In this document: positions 1 through 8,152 of the stretch, piece after piece
How positions within the stretch are numbered: position 1 is the stretch's first letter
Layout: each line of letters begins with the position of its first letter
IMG/VR virus record: IMGVR_UViG_3300026521_000471
Span: 160,468 to 224,467 of that record
Length of the DNA: 64,000 bases
Reading direction: 5' to 3' (one strand)
Made by a program: the position numbers and the translations under genes
Notes under the pieces: generated by a model
Seen by the model: only the letters and a program-made list of their open reading frames with translations
Database searches by the model: none
What the model was told of the DNA's origin: nothing

Positions 1-1
1 T

Positions 2-931
2 GATATTGAAATATTAGATTCTGAATCAACATACAAATATTTTAAAAAAAGAAAAATCCCAGGTTTTAACCATGCACCATTTAGCCATTCAAAAATGGAG
101 ACATGGGCTAGTTGTCCTAAAAAATTTGAATTTAATTACATCATTCGTCCACCTAGGGAATCTACACCCAACCCTATTTTAGAAAAAGGAACTTTATTTC
201 ACGCTGTTTTAGAGTTTGATATGGTAGATAAACTTGATGATTTTGATATTCCTGATAATTTTGAGGCTCTGTCTCGTGATGATTGTGGAAAAATTATTAC
301 TCAAGCATTAGAATTTTCAGAAAATTCAGAAATTTACCAATGGATTAAAAATCTAAAAGGTAAAAAAGTACCAGAACAAGAAATGTTCCTTGGACCAAAT
401 CTTGAACCTGTAGAATGTTTAGAAGATTCTTTAATACGAGGCTTTATAGACTTAATAATTTGGGATGATGAAACTGGTTCGTGTTATATATTTGATTGGA
501 AAACAGGCGGCAAATCAAAAGAGGCTCTAAAAAAGTGGCCTAAATCAAAAGACCAATTAGAATTATATGCCATTTGGGCTCATGAAGTTTATGGTGCTAG
601 TTATATAGAAACTGCGTTTGTTTATGTAGAACATAATCATATGGCTAAATATACATTTGAATCTAAAGATATTCCTATACTCAAAAAAAAGTTTTTAAAT
701 AAAATAAATAATATTGAAAAAGATAAAACTTTTAATAAATCTATATCACAACTTTGTGCATGGTGCGATTTTAAAGAATTATGCTTAGGTATTCCAGCAG
801 ATAAAAATCCAAGAGAAATAACTAAGGATGAAATATTTTCCGCAGCTAAAGGTACACCTAAAAAAAATAAATCAAATTCTAAAAATACTGCTTTCTTAAA
901 TAAAATTAGAAAAGGTCGAAATAAAGAATGA
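2..931 (+). CDS. PD-(D/E)XK Cas4/AddB-like exonuclease, 5'-truncated by window edge
   Basis: Frame is open from position 2 (PFSHSKMETWASCPKKF); GTLFH, RGFIDL..FDWKTG, QLELYA and C-terminal CAWCDFKELC Fe-S motif. Confidence 0.85.
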   Translation, partial: DIEILDSESTYKYFKKRKIPGFNHAPFSHSKMETWASCPKKFEFNYIIRPPRESTPNPILEKGTLFHAVLEFDMVDKLDDFDIPDNFEALSRDDCGKIITQALEFSENSEIYQWIKNLKGKKVPEQEMFLGPNLEPVECLEDSLIRGFIDLIIWDDETGSCYIFDWKTGGKSKEALKKWPKSKDQLELYAIWAHEVYGASYIETAFVYVEHNHMAKYTFESKDIPILKKKFLNKINNIEKDKTFNKSISQLCAWCDFKELCLGIPADKNPREITKDEIFSAAKGTPKKNKSNSKNTAFLNKIRKGRNKE

Positions 932-1536
932 AACTCGAAACATTAATTTCAACAGTTAAAGATAAAATTATATACAAAATGGATTTCTATCAATCTATTA
1001 TTATTATTAATGTTCCAAAGCAAAAAATTTTAAATAAAGGTACTATAATTTTTTTGCTAAATAAACAATCAGGTGTATTATCTGGAGAATGGTTTAATAA
1101 TAAAAATAGCAATATAAAATTATTTGGAATTCTAAATAATAAATTTATAAAATCCATATTAAAAAATAAAAAATTAAGATTATTAAATAGTATCTTACCT
1201 GATGTATTAGTCAATAAAGATTTTATAATAGAATATAAATTTCTTTCACCAGAAGAGAAAAAATTATTGAAAGAGTATATAATATCTTCTGAAGAACAAA
1301 TACACAACAAGTATATGACATTTGATAATAAATTTAATAAAGTCTCTTGGGAACAAAGCATTAAACTATCTTCTAACTATTTTGTAGAATGGTGTAAAGA
1401 TAGCTCAAATATACAAGATTGTATTAAAAATGCAATCAACATTGCTAATAAAAATTTAGATATAAATTTAAAACGCAGAGCAATTTTAAATAAATGTTTT
1501 ATAGATATTAGAAAATGGAGAGAAAAAAATGGCTAA
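928..1536 (+). CDS. hypothetical protein
   Basis: 202-aa ORF overlapping both neighbours. Confidence 0.6.
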   Translation: MKLETLISTVKDKIIYKMDFYQSIIIINVPKQKILNKGTIIFLLNKQSGVLSGEWFNNKNSNIKLFGILNNKFIKSILKNKKLRLLNSILPDVLVNKDFIIEYKFLSPEEKKLLKEYIISSEEQIHNKYMTFDNKFNKVSWEQSIKLSSNYFVEWCKDSSNIQDCIKNAINIANKNLDINLKRRAILNKCFIDIRKWREKNG

Positions 1537-2077
1537 AAAAAAGAAAAATATACCTATCCATATTACAAAACGTGATTCATCAACATTTGTTTTAAATAAG
1601 ATTTCGTCTAGTATGTTATATCATGTACAACAAAAATTCGCATATTTACCACCAGGTTATAAATTTCAACCTAGATTTAGACTTATGGGTATTAAAGGTG
1701 TACAAGTTAAGCTAGTACACGCAGATGGTTCATTCCCAATGGGATTATTTTCAGAAGTTGTAGAATATTTAACAGAGGTGCAAAAAAAGAAAGTTACTAT
1801 GAGCAGTGAAGTAATGGAACATTTTTTACCACTAACTGATTTTTTTGAAGATGGTATAAAAGATGATATATTCTCAGACTATGAATTCGATGGTAATCCT
1901 GTAATATTAAGAGATTATCAATTAGGTGCAGTTGAAGCCGCTTTTGAAAATAGAAACGGCTTATTAAATTTATCTACTGGTGCAGGTAAGTGCTTAGGTG
2001 GTGAAACTAAAATACGAGTAAAATTAAGTAGTGAACTAATTAAAAAATATAAAGTTATTATAAAAGGCGAATTATGA
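1529..2077 (+). CDS. UvsW-like SF2 helicase N-terminal half fused to a 28-aa split-intein N-fragment
   Basis: GYKFQPRFR, Q-motif LRDYQ, Walker A STGAGK followed directly by intein block A CLGGETKIRV, stop 28 codons later. Confidence 0.8.
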   Translation: MAKKKKNIPIHITKRDSSTFVLNKISSSMLYHVQQKFAYLPPGYKFQPRFRLMGIKGVQVKLVHADGSFPMGLFSEVVEYLTEVQKKKVTMSSEVMEHFLPLTDFFEDGIKDDIFSDYEFDGNPVILRDYQLGAVEAAFENRNGLLNLSTGAGKCLGGETKIRVKLSSELIKKYKVIIKGEL

Positions 2078-2364
2078 AATTATGGATGAATGGATATGAT
2101 ACGACCATAGATGATTTTCCACAAATCATCTATAAAAATAAAATTTTATCATATGAAGAACAAGCCTTTTTAACTAATAAAATTTTTGGCTTATTTCAAT
2201 TAACACATCGAGATAAATTTAAAGAAATAAATGAAATAAAATTAAATACAAATGAATTACCATTTAAAAAATTATATCAATTAATTCATTCAGATGATAA
2301 ATATGAATTTGAAGCTGAATATATGGTATATCTATTAAATTATTTCTCCGTGGAACTAGATTAA
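2074..2364 (+). CDS. hypothetical protein
   Basis: ATGA overlap with upstream gene. Confidence 0.55.
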   Translation: MKLWMNGYDTTIDDFPQIIYKNKILSYEEQAFLTNKIFGLFQLTHRDKFKEINEIKLNTNELPFKKLYQLIHSDDKYEFEAEYMVYLLNYFSVELD

Positions 2365-2567
2365 TGATAACTGAAATTATAAGATTTAACTGTCATGTAT
2401 TAAAGGTAAATAAATATAACAAAATAACTCCTGATGAATTGTTATTAGAATATAAAACTCGTAACAACCTTATTTTAGAAAATACGGAAGTATATGTTGA
2501 AAGCTGTAAATGGGCTGCTGGAAGTACTAGTACTATTATAACAAAAGTGAAAAGGATAGAAAAATGA
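2364..2567 (+). CDS. hypothetical protein
   Basis: Translationally coupled on both sides. Confidence 0.5.
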   Translation: MITEIIRFNCHVLKVNKYNKITPDELLLEYKTRNNLILENTEVYVESCKWAAGSTSTIITKVKRIEK

Positions 2568-3013
2568 CTTATGCTCAAAATAAAAAGGCTAGATTTAATT
2601 ATGAAATCATAGAAATATTTGAAGCAGGGATTGTACTAACAGGTGGTGAAGTAAAATCTGTAAGAGATAGTACAATTTCTCTTAAAGAAAGCTATGTTAA
2701 AATAAAAAATAATGAATTATTTTTAACTCAAGCTCATGTTTCAGTCCCTACATACATACCATCATATGCAGTATTTGATGAAGTCCAAGATAGAAAATTG
2801 TTAATGCATAAAAGAGAGATTTTAAAACTTAAAAATAAATTGAAAGAACAGGGTTTGACTTTAATTGTATTATCAATTTATCAACGTGAAGGCACAAAAA
2901 AGATAAAAGTACAGTTGGCATTAGCTAGAGGTAAAAAATTATATAATAAAAAACAAACTATCAAAGAACGTGATATTAAACGAGATATGGAAAGAACATT
3001 AAAAAAATTCTAA
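2564..3013 (+). CDS. smpB: SsrA-binding protein SmpB
   Basis: NKKARFNY, EAGIVLTGGEVKS, RKLLMHKREI, ARGKKLYNKKQTIKERD. Confidence 0.96.
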   Translation: MTYAQNKKARFNYEIIEIFEAGIVLTGGEVKSVRDSTISLKESYVKIKNNELFLTQAHVSVPTYIPSYAVFDEVQDRKLLMHKREILKLKNKLKEQGLTLIVLSIYQREGTKKIKVQLALARGKKLYNKKQTIKERDIKRDMERTLKKF

Positions 3014-3017
3014 TAGG

Positions 3018-3025
3018 TATAAATA
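3018..3025 (+). promoter_or_regulatory. T4 gp55-type late promoter
   Basis: TATAAATA ~30 nt before GGAG RBS/ATG 3054. Confidence 0.55.
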
Positions 3026-3053
3026 ATTATAAAATAATCTTAGGAGCAATAAA

Positions 3054-3347
3054 ATGGCAAGAAAGAAAAAGATTCAAGAAGAAGTAGAAGTACCAGTTGT
3101 TGAAGTAACTGATGAAGAGATTCAAGAAGAAGTAGAAGTAGAAGTAGAAGTACCAGTTGTTGAAGTAACTGATGAAGAGATTCAAGAAGAAGTAACTGAT
3201 GATTTTGATAATATTGCAATTACTGATTATGCTATGGTATCAAATGAATTAGCAAAAAAAATACTTGAGAAAAAAGGTAAAAAAGTATTATTTGAAGAGC
3301 CAGAAGACGTTCAATCTAGCTTTCATATGAAACCATTAAAAAAATAA
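3054..3347 (+). CDS. acidic low-complexity protein with internal repeat
   Basis: IQEEVEVPVVEVTDEE repeated; AGGAG RBS. Confidence 0.65.
   Translation: MARKKKIQEEVEVPVVEVTDEEIQEEVEVEVEVPVVEVTDEEIQEEVTDDFDNIAITDYAMVSNELAKKILEKKGKKVLFEEPEDVQSSFHMKPLKK
3071..3203 (+). repeat. coding tandem repeat (~48-60 bp unit, ~2.5 copies)
   Basis: gattcaagaagaagtagaagtaccagttgttgaagtaactgatgaaga repeated. Confidence 0.8.
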
Positions 3348-3556
3348 TTTTTTATTGTAAAATAAAATTATATTAAATAAAAAAATGACTTTAAATTTTT
3401 AAGTGTTTAGTCATCACTTCATTAAATCAAAATATATTATGTTAGTCTCTGTATGTTAATAATAAAGTATATTCGTTAATATACGGAGGTTAATCCTCAA
3501 AAATATTTTTATAGACTTAAAAAATAATTGTGTTAGTCTATCACAAAGGAAAAATC

Positions 3557-4345
3557 ATGTATAACAAAAAATTAATAGCTTGTATAAAAGCTGATGGTAA
3601 AATTTTAAGAGAACAGGGTGAAAACGTATATCTCCCATTTGGTACAGAGTACCAAATTTTTCTTAAAAATGAAAACGATAGAAAGGTTGAAATATCCATA
3701 ACTATTGATGGTGAAGATGTTTTAAATGGTAGTAAACTATTATTATCTCCAGGTAAAAATATGGAACTAAAAGGTTTTATTAGAGATATAAATGGTGGTG
3801 AAGATAATAGAGCTTTTAAATTTATAGAAAAAACTCAAGAGATTAGTGAATTTAGAGGTGATAAACCAGAAGATGGTCTTGTTAAAATTACTTATCAATT
3901 TGAACAAGAATCTATTACTAATAAACTTAGGGATTTTTGGTATTCTGATGATAGAATATATACAAATCATACTAACCCAAGTTTTGGACCTGGATTTATT
4001 GAAACATCGACTACACCTACATATGGAACAACAAGTATATCATCAAATGAAGTATTTTGTAGTACTGAGATGGTATCCAACAATATTAGTACAAATGCTT
4101 TAAGAAATAATGATATGGGTATTACCGTAGAAGGTACTGCTACTAATCAAAAATTCCAAGAAGGTAATATCGGATATTTAGAAAATGAAACACATTCGAT
4201 AATTCTTAAGCTAGTTGGTGTAAATGGTAATGAAAAGATTTCTGAACCTATAACTGTCAAAACAAAAAAGCAATGTCCATCTTGTGGACGAAAATATAAA
4301 AGTTCATTTCAATATTGTCCACAAGATGGGACATATTTAAGATGA
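3557..4345 (+). CDS. phage protein with C-terminal zinc ribbon
   Basis: ATG 3557 follows AAAGGA RBS (track start 3530); CPSC..CPQDG terminus. Confidence 0.7.
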   Translation: MYNKKLIACIKADGKILREQGENVYLPFGTEYQIFLKNENDRKVEISITIDGEDVLNGSKLLLSPGKNMELKGFIRDINGGEDNRAFKFIEKTQEISEFRGDKPEDGLVKITYQFEQESITNKLRDFWYSDDRIYTNHTNPSFGPGFIETSTTPTYGTTSISSNEVFCSTEMVSNNISTNALRNNDMGITVEGTATNQKFQEGNIGYLENETHSIILKLVGVNGNEKISEPITVKTKKQCPSCGRKYKSSFQYCPQDGTYLR

Positions 4346-4372
4346 TTTGTATAATATATAAAAAGGATCAAA

Positions 4373-4639
4373 ATGAGTTATAAATTAGATTTATTAAATT
4401 CTACAAATAATAGTTTTTTGGGTTATATTGGTGCAGCTGTTTTAGGATACATTCTAAGTCTAATGTTTAATTTGGTATTATCCAATCAGGTGGGGACTGC
4501 CATAGTATTATATACTACCTATATGATATTTATCATAATTAGTCAAGTAATGTGTGAGAAAAATATTAAATATTTATGTCAATTTAATGAATTTTGGTAT
4601 TCTCTAGAACAATTAATCATTAATAAATTACATAGATAA
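4373..4639 (+). CDS. small membrane protein
   Basis: Two hydrophobic segments; TGTATAAT and AAGGA upstream. Confidence 0.6.
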   Translation: MSYKLDLLNSTNNSFLGYIGAAVLGYILSLMFNLVLSNQVGTAIVLYTTYMIFIIISQVMCEKNIKYLCQFNEFWYSLEQLIINKLHR

Positions 4640-4647
4640 AATTTAAT

Positions 4648-5067
4648 ATGGCGTTAATTCAGAATCAATTCTATTCACAAATATCATTAGCAACAATTAG
4701 TAAAATTGCTAAAAAACAACCATATAAACAGAAATTAGAATTTTGGGAATGTGATGTTAGATTTAATTTAAAAAATTCCAATTTTAATTTTGAAGTTATA
4801 GAGCCAAAAATTAATTTTGCTTTATATTCCGATAATACAAATAATGTGACTTTTGATAATACAGTTTATAATACTGAATTAAAACGTTTCTGGACAAAAG
4901 AAGAAGCTGAAAATTTTATTATTTTCAGCTTAATGCAAGTTTTTAAACCATTAAACAATTATATTTTAAATAATAAAATTGATAAAAAATTTACAAATAT
5001 AATCGAAAACAACCCTGACAAAATATTAAAAGAAATAGAATCTGGATATAAATGGTTTATTAATTAA
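4648..5067 (+). CDS. hypothetical protein
   Basis: 139-aa ORF in operon. Confidence 0.55.
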   Translation: MALIQNQFYSQISLATISKIAKKQPYKQKLEFWECDVRFNLKNSNFNFEVIEPKINFALYSDNTNNVTFDNTVYNTELKRFWTKEEAENFIIFSLMQVFKPLNNYILNNKIDKKFTNIIENNPDKILKEIESGYKWFIN

Positions 5068-5121
5068 TTTTTAAGTTTATTTCTTTTATAATTATGTATA
5101 AAATTATATAAGGAATATTAT

Positions 5122-6375
5122 ATGGCTATTTTACAGCTCCATTCTGATGATCCAAATTTTGGATACATTATCAAAAAAAACCCAAATTCATCTATGCAAA
5201 TAAGAAGTATACGTAAAGGTACTGCTTTTACATGGTATTCTCATAATGGTACCGACTTTAATATTTATTTTAAAGATGCTGATAATGATGTATCGTTTGG
5301 ATCGCAAGAATTCGATTATCTAAATATTTCTAAATATAATTCACCGATGTTTATTATCAATGCAATAAGTGAGTTTTTTTCAAGTACTGTTAGAGAAGAA
5401 TCAGAATTAGATATAAAAAGTTCAAAATATTTTTATATTAACTTACTTGAAATCAAAAGAATAAAACAATTAATGGATTTTAAGAAATATTTCCCTGATT
5501 TTGAAATTGAAATTACCGAACAAGTTGGGAAAAATTATACTATTAAAGTAATAACTGAAAATAGTTGGTTTATGTTATTAAATTATATTAATCTTATGAT
5601 GATTTTTATTGCATTATCAAGTAACGACTACGTACATTTAGATAGTTCAAATATTGAAAAATATCTAAATGCTATGAATCGATTGGATGCACCATTTTTT
5701 ATACGTTATTTAGTAAGTAGAAATCTTATTAAAAGTAAAAACCAATTTAAAAAATATAAACAATTACTTGAAAAATCAAAAAGATATAATATCAATATGG
5801 CATATGGTAATACGGCTATGCAACGGAAAGACAAAATAGAACGTTTATTATCATTTGATAAATCGATTCTTGATATTGGGTGTGGAGAAGGTTTTTATGC
5901 TATAGATTTTTCTAAAAAAATAGAAAAATATTCTTATAATGCCATTGACATTAATCCTAATCTATTAGAGTCGATCAAGATAAAAGCTTCAAAAAAAGAA
6001 ATTACAAATATTAATCTCTTTAATAGTCTAGAAGATTTTATAAAGATTTACAATGATGAGTTAGTAGATATAATACTAACTGAAGTTATTGAACACATGC
6101 CAAAAGATGAATCAAAAAGATTAATAGAGACAGTATTGATGTCTATTAATTTTAATACATTCATTATTACCGTACCAAATAAAGACTTTAATATTTTTTA
6201 TGAATTAGGTGATGAAATGAGACATGATGATCATGACTGGGAACCTACATTTGATGAATTTAAAAATTTTATAGCTAATTTTAATAATGATGGTTTATCT
6301 TTTGAATTTATAGAAATAGGTGATACTATCGATGGTATCTCTACAAGTATCGGTTGTATAATTAAAAAGGTATAA
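5122..6375 (+). CDS. hen1: Hen1-like 3'-terminal RNA ribose 2'-O-methyltransferase
   Basis: N-terminal FGYIIKKNP; MTase ILDIGCGEG, EVIEH, VPNKDFN, RHDDHDWE. Confidence 0.88.
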   Translation: MAILQLHSDDPNFGYIIKKNPNSSMQIRSIRKGTAFTWYSHNGTDFNIYFKDADNDVSFGSQEFDYLNISKYNSPMFIINAISEFFSSTVREESELDIKSSKYFYINLLEIKRIKQLMDFKKYFPDFEIEITEQVGKNYTIKVITENSWFMLLNYINLMMIFIALSSNDYVHLDSSNIEKYLNAMNRLDAPFFIRYLVSRNLIKSKNQFKKYKQLLEKSKRYNINMAYGNTAMQRKDKIERLLSFDKSILDIGCGEGFYAIDFSKKIEKYSYNAIDINPNLLESIKIKASKKEITNINLFNSLEDFIKIYNDELVDIILTEVIEHMPKDESKRLIETVLMSINFNTFIITVPNKDFNIFYELGDEMRHDDHDWEPTFDEFKNFIANFNNDGLSFEFIEIGDTIDGISTSIGCIIKKV

Positions 6376-6377
6376 AA

Positions 6378-7262
6378 ATGCTATTAACATTTGGAGGATA
6401 TGGTGGTGAATATTGCTGTGGTGAACTCAGTAAGCTTCATATTAACAATATAAAAGAACTACTTAGACGTTTTGAATACGAAGATATTATTGGACATTTC
6501 GATACAATTTTTAGTAGTAGTGGATGGGAAAGACAATATTATGATTTTGATGATATTGAACATATTTCTAGCTGTGCCATTGATGGTAGTATTTCTATTA
6601 ATCCTAATGAACGCGAACATACAAAGTATGATTCTATTAATATTAGTGATTTAACTATCAATATCAATGATGATGACTTTTTATCTGATGGTTGGTATAT
6701 TTCATCAGCTTCCATAGAAAAAGGTATTTTTTTTGAAGCAGAAATTTTAGATGATGTCAATGAATTTAATAAAGATTTACTGATCATAGATGCAAAAGAT
6801 ACAGATTATATTGGTACTGGAGACATTTTAGTTACTGATGTTTTTTACAATAATAAAGTCCTCGAAATGAACTATGATGTTATGGATACATTCGGTAAAG
6901 GTTTCTATCAAAGTATTTTTCATGTTAAAGATAGGATACATTATGACGGAAAGGAAAAACTCCTAGACGATTTTAAAAACTCTTTTAATATTATTGAAAT
7001 GGTTGGTATGGATCGTGAAGATATAATCTTTGAATATTTAGAATATGTAGAAGCTGCAAATAATAAGCATTTAATAAAAGATGATCGAATTATAGTTTGG
7101 GCTAGTCCATTCTTATATGAACATTTTGAAAAAGAAGATGTAGACCTTTTATGGATGACTGAAAAGAATATTAAATTCGCATTGAAAAATGGTTTAAAAG
7201 ATGAAATACCACCAAATATTTTTGAACGTATTATTATGAGGTTTCCAGAATGGCTAATTTAG
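6378..7262 (+). CDS. hypothetical acidic protein (C-terminal FPEWLI)
   Basis: 294-aa ORF in operon. Confidence 0.6.
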   Translation: MLLTFGGYGGEYCCGELSKLHINNIKELLRRFEYEDIIGHFDTIFSSSGWERQYYDFDDIEHISSCAIDGSISINPNEREHTKYDSINISDLTININDDDFLSDGWYISSASIEKGIFFEAEILDDVNEFNKDLLIIDAKDTDYIGTGDILVTDVFYNNKVLEMNYDVMDTFGKGFYQSIFHVKDRIHYDGKEKLLDDFKNSFNIIEMVGMDREDIIFEYLEYVEAANNKHLIKDDRIIVWASPFLYEHFEKEDVDLLWMTEKNIKFALKNGLKDEIPPNIFERIIMRFPEWLI

Positions 7263-7540
7263 TATATGGTATTACCATTGATAGAAAATTATTTCATGGC
7301 AAAATTATAAAATCCAGTTTGAAATCTATGATTTCTATTAAGACAGTTGATAATAGAATTTTAAATTTTCCTAAGTCTCATAAATTATTTAAAACAAAAG
7401 AAGAACGAGATATAGAAATTTTTTTAAATAATAATAATTTAAGCATAGATAAAGTTGCAGAGTTATATAATATTAACAAAAAAGAGGCAATTTTAGCTTA
7501 CCAATCAGCTATTAAAAAATTTCCCGAAAAATTTATATAA
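7250..7540 (+). CDS. hypothetical protein (C-terminal FPEKFI)
   Basis: Overlaps upstream gene. Confidence 0.55.
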   Translation: MANLVYGITIDRKLFHGKIIKSSLKSMISIKTVDNRILNFPKSHKLFKTKEERDIEIFLNNNNLSIDKVAELYNINKKEAILAYQSAIKKFPEKFI

Positions 7541-7549
7541 AGGATCATT

Positions 7550-8143
7550 GTGAATATTAAAAGCAATATAAAATCTAACATTAAAGGTAAATCCTTAATA
7601 AGAACAAAATCTTACATTATACCGACTACTGTAACATTTCTTATAGGTTGTTTTATATGGTTATTAGATGGTAGCTGGGGAGTATATTTAACATTTTTAA
7701 TTATAGGTATCATTACCCACTTTATTTATGTAGGTATAAATGAACATTCAAGATATAATCATGATCTGCATTGGGATAATGAAGCCTATTATAATTGGTT
7801 TGCCATTGTTGGTTTACCAATGATATTAATTGGTATTTTTTACCCATTTGCTATATCCCCAGCAATCCACGACTATTATCATGCAGAACGAATTGATGAA
7901 GAAATACCTATCGACAAAAATATTTCTCTTATGTACAATGACTACCATAGTACATTTATATTAATGGTTGAAGGAGAAAAACAACCTCTTCTAATTGATA
8001 AAGGTGGTTCTAGCGATACTTACAATCGTATGAAAGCTAGCTATCTTGATAAAAAAATAAAAGTAGTTAAAAAAAGATATAAATCTTGGACTGATGACGA
8101 AATTCAAACAGTTTATCAGTTAGATGGTTACACATTCAAATAA
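7550..8143 (+). CDS. membrane protein (about 3 TM)
   Basis: AAGGA RBS before GTG; hydrophobic segments. Confidence 0.6.
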   Translation: MNIKSNIKSNIKGKSLIRTKSYIIPTTVTFLIGCFIWLLDGSWGVYLTFLIIGIITHFIYVGINEHSRYNHDLHWDNEAYYNWFAIVGLPMILIGIFYPFAISPAIHDYYHAERIDEEIPIDKNISLMYNDYHSTFILMVEGEKQPLLIDKGGSSDTYNRMKASYLDKKIKVVKKRYKSWTDDEIQTVYQLDGYTFK

Positions 8144-8152
8144 AGGATTTTT

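Noticed and set aside
2-931. Cas4 as sign of a CRISPR-Cas locus
   Set aside because: No cas1/cas2 or array; stand-alone Cas4-like nucleases are common in phages
2074-2567. Homing endonuclease or intein C-fragment after the split helicase
   Set aside because: No LAGLIDADG, HNH or GIY-YIG motifs and no HN-S/T/C junction
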